Source: Takakia lepidozioides
Taxonomy: Eukaryota; Plantae; Bryophyta
Length of the DNA stretch: 64,000 nucleotides
Assembly: GCA_030704615.1 (NCBI GenBank)
Contig: CM060734.1
Span: 36,890,001 to 36,954,000, forward strand
Reading direction: 5' to 3'
The position numbers and the translations under genes are program-made. Each line of letters begins with the position of its first letter. Position 1 is the stretch's first letter. The notes beneath the pieces were generated by a model. The model did not search any database. It saw only the letters and a list, made by a program, of their open reading frames with translations, and was not told the origin of the DNA. This document shows positions 1 through 11,991 of this stretch, piece after piece.

Positions 1-1356
1 ACCTTGTGGATCAGCTCGCACCAATGGTCCACGGGCAAACCTCTCACACCCTCGCTTCAAGTGCTGCCACTTTGGCCCCTCGAAATAATGCAATGAGCTG
101 TCGTGACAACCAAAAACAGCTTAGTTTTGAATCAATTTAGAGGTTACAGTTCAGGCCTTTAGACGTCTACTAATGTCTGCCATCCACAGAAACAATTCAG
201 ATATTGGTTGGATTTTTAAAAATGGATGTTACAGGGATACCCATCTCTCTCCCCCTACAATTCACCAGCTACCACCATTACTGTGACTGTCAGATTTATG
301 GCTGTGTTGTTGAGCCATTGTCATCCTCTGAAGGATACATTTGGGCCGCAGCATGTTATATAATGCTACATCAATCCAGTTATATGAGGATCTCCGGCGG
401 ACTAGTGACTATGACTAGAAAGTCATGCCCAGGTGCTTAAAAAGCCCATAGTCTGCTCCAGAAGGATTGTCCCCAGCTAAACCTGCATATACAAGATATT
501 GAAATCCCACCCTATGTAGGGAAGGTAGAACTACTTGTTTGTCTCCAGGTGGGGACCCAGACACACACGAACTGGGCGATAAGTATGGAACTCCATGTAC
601 TATAATAGAAAGCTGCAGATGGGGTGGTGAAATCAGACATTAAAGTGATTCCCACAGATTTACCTGGTACAGAGGCCATGTATTGAGTCATCGAATTCAA
701 GAACAGAAACTTTGGCGTCACGAAAAGCAAGCACAATGGCATCACGAAGTCTCCGTCCTTCATCGCGTCGATGCGACAAGACTGCCATGCTCTCCACGTT
801 CCCATGCAATCTGTGAAAACACAATGCACAGGAACATGGTACAATTTGAGAAATGGAACATTGTATACAGTGAGAGGAGTGAATAGATTGGCCCTTACTG
901 ACAGCCTAAAACCCTAGGGTTTTCAGTGAATAAACTTTTACACATGTAATGCTGAAGTGCTCATCAGGAAACAAACCTGTAATGACAGACCAGTTCAAGT
1001 TTGACAGAAAAAAGGCCATCCATGAGGCCACCCCGTGGAGCCGACTCCGGGTTAGCTGCTCCCTGATTGGCGCCATTGTCACTCCTCTCATCCCCTTCAA
1101 GCATACGAACATGGAAAACTTCGATAACGTTTCCTTTGGTGATTACTAGGTTAGGCGGGAGTCCACCCCCTGACCCACCCTCCTTCACGGCAGAGCTGCT
1201 GCCCCAGTACCCAACCCCGCCACCAAACTCTGGGCCGCTGCTAACTACAGCAGCCTTGTCGATATCAGCGTCCCCCGCACAGTGCGTGAGGTAAGCAGCT
1301 GCACATGTCTCGACTCCCGTAGGAGCATGTACCATTTTGAACGCGGCATAGCTCAT
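1..1356 (-). CDS. CPSF160: Cleavage and polyadenylation specificity factor 160 kDa subunit, 5' exons (1356-977, ~811-664, ~97-1); gene continues beyond window start
   Basis: Translations MSYAAFKMVHAPTGVETCAAAYLTHC...PNLVITKGNVIEVF...LELVCHYR, LHGNVESMAVLS...RDAIVLAFRDAKVSVLEFDDSIHGLCT and SLHYFEGPKWQHLKRG..FARGPLVRADPQG, with GT-AG boundaries, match the plant CPSF160 N-terminus. Confidence 0.93.
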
Positions 1357-1558
1357 TTCTTGTACACCAATCAAAAGAACTACAGAGACAGAAACAGAGA
1401 GAATGTGTTGGCGTACGTTAGAGCCAATTCAGAGAAACTGGCAGGGCCCCAGACAGCAGGCAAGCTCTAGGCCAAACATGGATAGGCACACGCACATATC
1501 CTTTCCTCGCTATCGATACTCCTATCTACTATCAACACGGCTCCAGCATGGTGACGTG

Positions 1559-1575
1559 GGTTTAGGGTTTAGGGC
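1559..1575. promoter_or_regulatory. Telo-box (TAGGGTTT/AAACCCTA) upstream of CPSF160
   Basis: GGTTTAGGGTTTAGGG lies about 200 bp 5' of the CPSF160 ATG. Confidence 0.5.
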
Positions 1576-1639
1576 TCAAACCAACTGTTCCACGATTTTT
1601 TTTTTTTAAATAAAAATAATTGTTTTTGTTTTGTTCAAG

Positions 1640-1843
1640 GCCCTCCCCGGCCGGGTTTCTCTGCTCCTTACCATAACTAGGTGGGCACTGACCATGAGTA
1701 AGGTAGTATCTGATTGGCCACTGCCAATCTAACCATTCATCTGCACTTCCTTGCACCTCCATTACAAATAAACTCGCATCAGGTAACTGATCGTCTATTC
1801 CTGTGGCGGCTTCTCCTGTTGTTACTGATTTGAAGGGGACCAA
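1640..1843 (-). mobile_element. Ty3/gypsy retrotransposon pol fragment (RNaseH-integrase linker)
   Basis: GIDDQLPDASLFVMEV...DWQWPIRYYLTHGQCPPSYGKEQR resembles the gypsy 'IDD.FPDE.LF...W...I..YL..G..P' linker. Confidence 0.6.
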
Positions 1844-3829
1844 TTTTAGTTAGTTCAGGACAAGTGTAGATGGAATATTTCATCCATGTTTACAGATGAA
1901 CATTCAAAAAATTATAGCGATTTATTCTCTTCTTCTGTCTTTCTTTTCTCCTTGAAATATTTTCTTCTTCTAGTATTTTTTTTTTTTCCTTTTTCCTTTA
2001 AAAAAAAAAAAGAGAACAAGGGATACTGGACCTGGTTTAATTTTATTTGGTTTCTTTTTCTTTTTCTTCGGTCGTTGAAACTTGACACACACTCACTGAG
2101 ATTAAGCTTATAATAAGTTGATTTTCATACCTCTTCCATGCTTAGGAGTAGGAATTGCAGCTACCACCAGTCCCCAGCTCAGTTGCAGTGTTTATTTAAG
2201 GATAACGAGGTGGCATGGTAAGGAAAGTGGCCATCTAACAGGTGACATGTTTTAACGGGTCCACGATCACAAAATCAGGCTCCTGAATTGAACTTGCGGT
2301 GTTTTTTGATGAATTTTTTGGATTTTACCCCGCATAATTCCCTTGTACAAATAGCTGATCCATTTTCCAGACCTTCAAAATCTGGCGTTCTTTTGCCAGG
2401 AAAAAAGATCGGTTGAATAAGAGCTGGCATTGAGTGCCACCCAAGTGGTTTTATGTTCAAAACATGCTACCTTGTGAGGTGCGGTGTAATCTTCTCTCCC
2501 TTCCTTTGGGCAGTGTCACATGAGCATTTTTCTGGACGCCTCATGGCAAGGGTTATGTGAAAGATTTTATTTCTCCTCTCACTATAATTATGTGGCCTAG
2601 TGAGCCGTGCGCTCACAGCTCCTAGGTGTTTGTCTTTTTGAAAATTTATTTATTTTTAAATATAGGTGAAAAGAATAGAGAAGAATACCAAAAATATTGA
2701 CTAAGTAGCACTTGTAGACAATGTATGCTTCAATTGGAAGACCCTCATCCCAGAGAGAAGGACTTGGGATGATTCATGTAGTCAGTTCGCTATTGGCATA
2801 ATTTTACTTCTTAGTTGCTCGTTTTAGTGCGACAAGAGGTATGTCTTTCTCCAAATTTTGTCACCAGCAAACCAACCACCCATACCAAAGATGATGGTTT
2901 ATACCAACTGATGATGGTTCACCCCAAAAAAAAATGAACCTAACTTTCGTGCAAAGTAGAGAGAGCAAAGAATTACATAGATCTTTGGTGGGACTTAGAA
3001 CTAAAGCTTTCATAGTCCACATCCTACTAGTATTTGCTATGTAATTGCAGCTTGCTTGCGTGGTTTTAACTCAGGAGCCATGTAACAGGCCTGAAGCCTC
3101 ATGTGAAAATCTTGCAGATAGCCTCCTCAAGCATTTGCAATAAGAAATGTTATGGGCTCTCATTTTAGATTAATTGGGTCTTAAATTCTCACGTGTGGGC
3201 CACGCAGTGCACGGACGAGGTCACCCCGCCTTTCCCCGGACCACCCGGCGGGTCTGCTCGCCGCACCGTAACCCACCTTGGGTCGCCGCGCCGCAACGCG
3301 CCTTGGGACTTAGAATTTTTTTTGGGAAACTCGCCCACAAAAAGACCATCATTAATGCACATTCAACACCAGCCAGAGTTGAATTCGCAACCACATGGAT
3401 ACGATTGAATGTGCCTAACCACCACAATACCTACTACTTGCACTATATCAATGAACTTTTTATCCCTTATCCTAGAAAACTAGGGCTTCGCGTTGCTCCG
3501 CACTACTAGCGACGACTTCTGAGAAGGACGTCCAGACGGATGGGCCATACTCGAGGAACTTGAGAGAGAGTACGGATCATGCAGCCTGCCAAAATGTCGG
3601 TCACGTAGTTCCGATTGGTTGGGGAGGGGGGAGGGAGTTGGAGGGGTTTTCCATGGGTCGTCTTGGTACAACAAGTAGATTTGGACTATGATAAATCAGT
3701 AGTTTTTTATTATCCGTTGTGAGCATGCATTGGGACAAAATATAGACTTTTTGAAGAGGAGAAGGAGGATGGTCTTTATAAAATATGGTGGCCCTTACAT
3801 GGAACGTTTAGATGTGTCTAATTTAAGCT

Positions 3830-4140
3830 CTACCAAGCTATGCTTTTGCTCCAGTTGTCGTCATTCGACTTTGTCTCATCTCATGCTTTGGCCAACAATT
3901 TGACCCCTTTTAGTTGGAATGAAAGCCTGTGTTTCTTTTGACGGAAATTCATCCAATATCGGATGTTACACTTGACTGCAACGAGATCCCCTGAACGTAC
4001 GGATTCTCCATCCATTTTTTGGCCATTTTCGTTAAGGACTTCTATTGTATTGTACATCTCGTCAAATCCCGGTGGGTTATTTCCTGGATTTGTTGGTCCA
4101 TTACAGTGTCTATTGTGTCGGCTATTTCCGACGTTGACAT
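3830..4140 (-). pseudogene. OB-fold ssDNA-binding-protein-like fragment (T7 gp2.5/DUF2815/DUF2738-like), disrupted
   Basis: IEVLNENGQKMDGESVRSGDLVAVKCNIRYWMNFRQKKHRLSFQLKGVKLLAKA*DETKSNDDNWSKSIAW*. The strand pattern and acidic tail ending in an aromatic residue resemble gp2.5-type SSBs. There is an in-frame TGA at 3881-3883. Confidence 0.45.
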
Positions 4141-4158
4141 GGTTGTTTGTATATATGG

Positions 4159-4160
<2 letters not shown>

Positions 4161-4195
<35 letters not shown>
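4161..4195. repeat. (GA)n microsatellite
   Basis: Direct inspection. Confidence 0.95.
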
Positions 4196-4196
<1 letters not shown>

Positions 4197-4729
4197 CAGG
4201 GGCACATGAAAGTATATATCAGTGGGTTTTTTAGGAGAATTAAACCCTAAGAGTGCGACTTTAAAATTAATCACGCTAATCTATAGAACTGTGGCTTTCT
4301 CTCTCAGACCGAGGTTGATGCTACACCATTTTGCTGGGAAGTTAGGTGCAAGGTGCGATGTAACTGTATGTTATATTCCTCTGCTTCACTTGTACCTGTA
4401 AGCATCATTCGATTATGGACCCTCTCACAATCGGTTATTTTTTTAACAGCAACACCTAGTGAAGACGAAAGGCCTAGTCCATTGATGTTTGATTCAGGCC
4501 CAGCTATGTTGATTGATGAATTCCAATAGGAGATGGCCCTTCACTTCCTGTGCTCATGCATGTTGATTGTCTTGCAGGTATATGAAATACGTGCTACTTA
4601 AGACAGGGGCCTTGGCGCAAGAGAGACGATTTCGATAAGAGGGGAAAACAGGGTAAAATATTTTGAGGAAGGTGCCTTCATTAGCAGTGCCTGATTTTAT
4701 GAATTGTGCTGCTGCTGCTGAATCTAGAC

Positions 4730-6990
4730 CCACATTTTTCCCTTTTCCAGGGCTGCCAGGCTTGCACAAGCATTGCCAACGCACACAAACGTGATGTGGT
4801 TGCACTTCACATTTTCCCTAGCATTTGTTCATAGGTCTGCAAGGCCTCCATCCTGCGCCCCTGCTGGCATATCCTGCAAGCAATAACACTGCCTCCGCAT
4901 CCTCAATGCTCCCACATTTGGCATCCATGTCCATGAGGGTATTGTTCATAATCACATCTGGTACAATTCCAGCTTTGGCAATGCAACCATGCACCTTTTT
5001 GCCCTTCTCCAGGGCTGCCAGGCTTGCACACGCACTGCAAATGCACACAAACCTGATCAGCCCAAAACAAATGGCCAGCTTCTCACTGTGGTGGCAAAGA
5101 GAAAATTCCTTTTCCTCCTTCCCCACATCATGAAATACAAAGCGCGTGTCAGGCACATACCCCGCCTCCTTTCATCTACCCAGACAATCTTCTCAGCTCA
5201 GCATGGATTTTCCTTAATTCTGGGATGCAACTTGTCATCTACAGCGAAGGTGTGCACCCTGTTGCAAATCTCAATGCAGCAGCGACTTGGCCCTAACCCC
5301 TCTCACCTTCATCATTCTTCTCACCAACTCCTGCTTTTGCGATGCAACCATGCACCCCCTTCCCTCATTTCCAGGGCTGCCAGGCTTGCAAACACACAAA
5401 CGTGATGTGGTCGGGCTTCACCCCTTCCCCCATCATTTGTTCATAGGTCTCCAAAGCCTCCATCCCACGTCCCTGCTGTGCATACCCTGCAAGCATCGCG
5501 TTCCATGACACCACATTTCATTCAGCGATATAGTTGAACACTGCCTTCGCATCCTCGATGCTCCCACATTTGGCATACATGTCCACGAGGGCATTGTTCA
5601 GAATAACATCGGGTACAATTCCAGCTTTGACGATGTTACCATGGACCTCTTTTCCCTTTTCCAGGGCTCCCAAGCTTGCACACGCATTGCAAACACAAAC
5701 TAAGGTGATGTGGTTGGGCTTCACCCCTTCGCAGAGTACACATAAGTTCCTTGCTTTGCATCCTCAATGCACCCACATTTGGCATACATGTCCACCAGGG
5801 CAGAGTTCAGAATGAAATCTGATACAATCCCAGCTTTGACAATGTCACCATGGACCTCTTTACCCTTTTCCAGGGCTGTCAGGCTTGCACAAGCATTGGA
5901 ATCACAAACAAACGTGATGTGGTTGGGCTTCACCCCCTCCCCCATCAATTGATCATAGGTTTCCAAAGCCACCAACCCACGTCCCTGTTGTGCATACCCT
6001 GCAAGCATAGCGTGCCACGACACCACATCTTGTTCAGCCATAGTGTTGAAAACTCCCTTCGCATCCTTGGCATGAATCCACTTTGGATAATGTGAGTGTG
6101 CACCTGTTTTCCAGCTTCCAGACCTTTCATCTTGATGCACTTAAGCAAGAGACAGACAAACGTATCTGAATCTACTGAAATGCCTCCCACATTAATTGGC
6201 ATACATATCCACGAGGGTATTGTGGGCTAGGGAAATGTATTGAGCGAGGAAAAAATAACCTCGGAGTACAGACCATGAGGATGAGAAAGGGGACACGGGG
6301 ACACCGCCCCAACCTAAAAACAGGAAGAGCTGCAGGAAACTAAGGACAAGAAGATTCCGCAACGAGGGTATGGAGCTGTGAAGGACTAGAAGCTGGCGTT
6401 CACGGTTCTAGTGCCTAGAAGAAAAGAAAGAAAGATGGGCCATATTTTTGAACACTCCCTTTGCATCTTCGATGCTGCCACATTTGGCATACATGTCCAC
6501 GAGGGCAGTGTTCAGAATGACATTTGGTACAAGTCCAGCTTTGATTACGTCACCATGGACCTCTTTGCCCAGGGCTGCCAGGCTCACACACGCATTTTCC
6601 AGGGCTGCCAGACTTGCACACGCATTGCAGACGCAAACGAACGTGATGTGGTTGGGCTTCACCCCTTCCCCCATCATTTGCTCCTAGGTCTCCAAAGCCT
6701 CCACCCCACGTCCCTGCTGTGCATACCCTACAAGCATCGCGCTCCACGACACCACATCTCATTCAGCCTGCATATTGTTGAAAACTGCCTTTGCATCTTT
6801 AATGCACCCACATTTGGCATACATATTGTCCACCAGGGCAGTGTTCAGAATGACATCTGGTACAATTCCAGCTTTGACGAGGTTATCATGGATCTTTTTC
6901 CCCTTTTCCAGGGCTCCCAAGCTTGCATACACATTGCAAATGCAACCGAACGTGATGTGGTTGGGCTTCACCCCTTCCCGCATCATTTGC
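4730..6990 (-). pseudogene. Scrambled PLS-class PPR fragments with an internal truncated DYW piece (~5052-5293)
   Basis: Repeated P/L/S motifs ([47 protein letters not shown]) in shifting frames. [34 protein letters not shown] is joined directly to an L motif. Confidence 0.9.
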
Positions 6991-6999
6991 TCATACGCT

Positions 7000-7940
7000 T
7001 GTATCTCTGTTTACCAACTTTGAAAGTCTCGAGGCTGAGCCAAACACCCAGGCCCTTTTGGGGCCTAGTTATTAGGCAAACCACACATAGCAGGTTGATG
7101 CTTGAGTAAAGGGATTTCTAGAGGATATCTGGAAAACCCGGATCAATTGTTTATTCCAAGGTAAGTCTAACTACGGGAGTCGGCCCCTAACAAAGGTAGG
7201 TTCTGTCCCTTTGTGTTCCGCTCAAACTGGGCGCGGAGTCAATGGCCACAATTAAATCCTGGCGGAAGAAGCGGTTTTCAGGGATCTGATTCTGAGTCCG
7301 CAAGTCTTGACCCTGCTGGATAATTCTGACCTGGAGGCTGTGGGGTCCAAAGCCATGTCTGTTGTTAGGATCTTGATTTCCTTCATTTAGTAGGCCAGAG
7401 TGGCTGCATGCAGAGAGAACACATATAAAGGTGATACGATGGAGGATTCAACCAACCCCGAATCCAAATAACCTCTAGTGTGCGTTGTTTAGGTGTGTAG
7501 TCCGATGATCTTGGGTGGGTCTGTGAGAACCACCACGGAGTTGCTGAGCAGCCATAGTTTCAAGACGGTCTCCCAAAATTAAGAAGATCCTCCCAAGTAC
7601 CTTGTAAACACTAAGAAAAACCCTTGCGCAATGCAATTTCATGGCCTGTTTAGGAACAACAACCTATGATACAGACAGGGACAACCACTTTTGCAGAATA
7701 GAAAACCTTCTTTACATCATGTAAGAAGAAAACCCACACCTTGCTATGTAGGTTGTCCCACCATTGTGAAGGATAAATATGCTCACCTTTTTTCCTCTGG
7801 AGAACGCTCTCCTGGATGCGCCGTTTAAAGAAATGTCCTCCGCACAGTCGAGCTCTTTCTAACCCTTCTTGACACTTCATGGCTGTATATTATAGATCGC
7901 CTCGGCAAGCCAAACCTAGCTAAACCTGCTCTAAATGCCA
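7000..7940 (-). mobile_element. Possible degenerate LTR-retrotransposon remnant (PBS plus gag-like piece)
   Basis: Minus-strand TGGCATTTAGAGCAGGTTT (~7921-7939) resembles a tRNA-iMet primer-binding site. The ORF that follows contains SQWWDNL (gag-like WW). Confidence 0.3.
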
Positions 7941-9399
7941 GGCCTTATCAACCTATGTAGCCATTGCGCTCTCTCTCTCTCTCTCTCTCTCTCCTTTGAA
8001 CATCAAACAGAAGCAGGGAGGAAAAGGGTCAGTCTCGACAAAGTACCGTTCAAGAAGTTAGTTTTGGATTTTTCGGGCAATCCGGGCAGATAGAAAGAAA
8101 TTGACGACGTACGAAATGTGGCTACGACAGGTGGCGACGAAACGTGGCGATGATGACGTGGCACTATGGTACCCTATTCCTGCTCTATGCTAATCTAGCT
8201 CTCGGTCGTCGCTAGAATTGCCCTATTTAGTCCACCTTTGCAGTAGACCCTACGTCAGCAGACCCGGGCCGGGTCAGGGTGGCGGCAGGGCCACCCAAAA
8301 CCACGGGCCACTACTATCCAGGGCCCACGTGAGCCTTAAAGACCCAATTATTCAACAATGAGAAGCAATGTTATGAGCACTCATTCGTTATTTGTGGTTT
8401 GAGTGCAGTTTAGTTGACTATGTCATTTTAGATATGAGTCAAATGTTTAATCCTAAACCCTGATGCCATGTGTCCTTCAAGAGTTGACGCCTTGGAGATA
8501 TAGCATTATGTACCACTCACATAACATTTTATATACTACCCTAGGAATAGAATAGCAAAATTCCGGAGAATAGAAAATTGGTGTCTCACACTAAGCATCT
8601 TTCACTAGGATGAGTAACGAGGACCTTTCTTCTTGGTTCATAGACTGATCATTGCAGGTCGGAAAGACACGCACTCATGATGTTTCTTGTGAGTGAGGGA
8701 ATGTATGGTGTTTTTTTATCTATGGAATACACAAGCTGATAGGGGCCGCAAACATGTGAAAAGCCCGTTCTCTAGCTCTTTACCAAGCGTAAAAAATAAT
8801 TTTAAATTTTTTGGCGTTCCTCTTCAACTTTTTGGGCAAACTGGTCTTTCTCCTTCGTGCTTCTTGGTTTCTGTGCACGCTTGGTGCTGGTTTGCTTTTG
8901 CTGTCTGGTTTCGTGCTGTTGTTTCGATTGGTTGTTCTTCGTGCTATTGGTTGTAGCCATAGGATATGGTTCTAACACGATATTGGAGAGAGAAGAATTT
9001 CAGCAGAATAAAAAGCACTGTATCGCGTCAATTTCGGATGTTACTACAATCTCCATTTTTGTCGCAGATCCGCTTATTTTAGATTCGCAGACTATGGGGA
9101 CTGCTGGGATCTATTCCGTTGAATGAAGAGTACAAGGCTTTGATGCAACTGGTTTTGAATGCATCCGAATTGATTGAAGAGTCGTTACCTGCTATTCACG
9201 ATGAATTTGGTTCTGTTCCAAATTTATATTCTGAGGAACCTTTGATGTTGTGGACAAGGTTGTGGAACTTAAAGTCAAGGATGACAAATTCGAGGATGAA
9301 TTCGATGATCATCAAGACTATACAACTAGACTTTCTCGTTTTGAAACTGACAATCTCTTCAACCCTGAGGAAGACTTTGATGACGATGGTGACATAATA

Positions 9400-10024
9400 C
9401 AGTCTGCCCTGGATAAATGTTAACAGTCGGGAGTAGAAAAAAAATAACATTTAGACAAGGTTAACACATTAACAGTTTATGACGGGGTTAGTTGTAACAC
9501 ATTAACATTTACAGATGTAACATTTAACAAATGTAAAAATTATGAAAGTAACACTTATGAAATAAAGTGTAATATATTCTATTTCTCTCTTTGTTTGTGA
9601 GTTGTCTTTCATCTTTATTAATCACCTAATATCTAACTTATTAGTACAACACATCTATCAACCATATGTGGGTGGGCCTACCTATCAACAACCAAAAAGA
9701 AAACTGCATAGGTATTTCAAGAATATTTTAACTACACTCACTAAAAGACAATGGATACCATCTACTTGCAAAATAGCTAACGGAGGTACAACTACCACAT
9801 ATCTTATGTGCTCGAAAACATCCTACATGTCAAGTCTCAAAATGCTGAACAGACATTTGTTGTATCTAAAAAATAACCTTCATATCAACTCTCGAAATGT
9901 TGTATATACACTTGTTTCATCTATTCACATTGCCTCCCACTCACTTTCTGGTCTTCTGATTGGTTATGTTTTAAGATGGAATCTTATCATAATCTAGTTG
10001 GTAACATTTATCCAGGGCAGACTG
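9400..10024. mobile_element. Tc1/mariner-pogo-type MITE (625 bp)
   Basis: Perfect 23-bp TIR CAGTCTGCCCTGGATAAATGTTA, with TA target duplication at 9398-9399 and 10025-10026. Confidence 0.9.
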
Positions 10025-10390
10025 TACATAGGTGAATCAGACAACGATGAGGATATGGATGCTGCTGTAGATCCTAGAATGCTAGGCAATAAGAGGTTTG
10101 GTGCTATCAACCCTAAGGAGGTTGAAAACATTAAGAATGGAGGTCGCCATTGTAGCAAGGCGGCAGAGACCTGGGCACGAAATATGTTTGACGAATGGTG
10201 TTTTTCCCGGGGTTACGGTACTACAAACACCATTAAGGAACTCTATGAATCTGCGAATAAGAAGCCATTTTATCACACTGCTTAAAGATTTTAGGTTACA
10301 AGCGCGAAAGAAAGACGACTCACTCTACCCTCCGGAAAGAGTCCGTCGCAAACACCCCCCCCAAGGATGTAGTGATACAAGGGTTATAAA

Positions 10391-11244
10391 CCCCTAAACG
10401 CCCACGGGACCCATTTCGGGTCGCTTCTTTTTTTGTCCCTTTTTTAAGTCCTACAACTGCTGTGGATGACTTTCGCCGAGGTCTCGCCCTAAACATAAAT
10501 TGTAGCCCTTGAATAGAGGAATCCAACACATTTATTATTGGCCCCATTGAGTAAATGCATTGTCAGATATAAAAATCCGCATGCAAAGGGTCCACTTTTT
10601 GTGTGGTGGGGACAGCTTCCACGCGGGTAGACCAGCATACGTGGCAGCCCCTGAAAGGCCAGCGCGGCTTCTTTTCCCCGGTGGTCGAAAATCCAGCCTG
10701 AGCTGGCGGTGGTCGGAAAATTCACTAAATACTCCATCTTAGGTGGAATTTTTTAGGTTTTTTTGCCAGTGGCTTTCAATGCTTCCATGCTATAGATTGA
10801 CCATTGCAAATTCCATTTCACTTAGAAATTTAATCCCCCATTCGGATTTTGTACCCACTACTTTTCACATACAAAGGGACCCACCTAAAAACATGGAATT
10901 TGGGTTCCAAATTTGGAGAGCACATTTTATACATGGTAGGCAATGAGTCTGTGGTGGTGCGTTGGCAGGAAAACAAATAAATCATAGAGCAAACAGTTGG
11001 TCAACCCTGATGTGCAGGTGGATTTTTTGGTGGACTTGAAAAATTCACCATCTTCATTTCTTATAATCTTTTGATTGAAATGGTGAAATCAGCTGCAAAT
11101 TTCTGACCACCTGCATGATGACCTTACCTTTCTTGCTGTACGGTTCATCCACTCTGGTAAATGTTTCCTAAACTTACATCCAATCGTGTCAGGGTATATA
11201 CCCTTTTTTATCTAAAGTCCAAAACAGGTCTGGACATTTAGGGG
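10391..11244. mobile_element. piggyBac-like non-autonomous insertion
   Basis: Ends are CCCCTAAACGCCCA and revcomp CCCCTAAATGTCCA (12/14). The right flank is TTAA and the left flank TAAA. Crypton-like coding resumes exactly at the right TTAA. Confidence 0.45.
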
Positions 11245-11991
11245 TTAAGAGCAATTAACAGAATAATGCGGGGTTGTCAAGCTATACGCTATATGCAGAC
11301 TGGATTGGCATATATTCATGTGGACATCTTTAAAGATGTGATTTTCCAACATTAAGTGAAACTTGCTGGAGATGAGGCTGTTATAATTGGTGTCACAATG
11401 GTATCCACCTTCCCGCCATAAGGCGGTAGCCCTTCGGGGTAAAGAGACACCATAAATTATGCTTGCTTAAGGAGGTGTCACATATATTATTTCTAATGTG
11501 CATAAAAGGCCGTCCTCTCGATCACAACGTCTACCCCACCATGGTTGTGCCTTTGCACCTGTCCCACTGCATTATGTTGTTGACTTGCTACACTTTGCCC
11601 CGACATACTCCTAGTCAGCGGGCTCTCCATCAACGCCATCCTCCGCAACCCATGCCCTCCAACAACGCTAGGTCATCCACTTTATATACTCTCATGACCA
11701 CTACCTAGGCACTGACACCACGCAAAGCACGTCGTACTCATTCTAGCAATTAGGCATAATTGTTGATGGCCTATTGGTCCACTTACCATCTAGTAGGCAC
11801 AAGAGGTGGAATACATACTGATAACATAAGTGCTCTCTACAACAACTAATATCCCGATTACATGCATTACCAAATGCTTTAAGATATATCTATTTCACTG
11901 CTACACGATCCCTCACGACCATCATTACTAATAAAAATAAATTAGATATGTACCAATTCTATGGCTGAGATATAGGCGTTGCCTGAATCAT

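Larger units (their letters stand above)
3155..8366. mobile_element. Non-autonomous Mutator-like element carrying captured gene fragments (Pack-MULE-like)
   Basis: A perfect 9-bp direct repeat AATGTTATG lies at 3146-3154 and 8367-8375. It abuts degenerate inverted ends (GGCTCTCATTTTAGATTAATTGGGTC vs revcomp GCTTCTCATTGTTGAATAATTGGGTC, 21/26). Patchy similarity extends about 105 bp inward (CTCACGTG..GGGCC, CGGGTCTGCT). No transposase inside. Confidence 0.8.
9119..11400 (+). mobile_element. Crypton-like (tyrosine-recombinase transposon; DUF3504/ZMYM-KCTD1-related) relic, split by two insertions
   Basis: Acidic N-terminal piece (9119-9399). Then KRFGAINPKEVENIK...AAETWARNMFDEWC / LLKDFRLQARKKDDSLYPPE (10090-10337). 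Then LRAINRIMR...VDIFKDVIFQH*VKLAGDEA (11245-11400). Confidence 0.65.

Noticed and set aside
2596-2626. Helitron 3' end (GTGAGC/GCTCAC hairpin followed by CTAG)
   Set aside because: The stem is only 6 bp, the next base is G rather than T, and no 5' TC end could be defined.
6215-6440. ~220-bp non-PPR insert among the PPR fragments as a solo LTR
   Set aside because: No clear TG...CA ends with a TSD could be established.
11413-11441. Twin mini-hairpins (CCGCC-ATAA-GGCGG; CCC-TTCG-GGG) where Crypton similarity ends
   Set aside because: The stems are too short to distinguish from chance, and no RNA family or TE end can be assigned.
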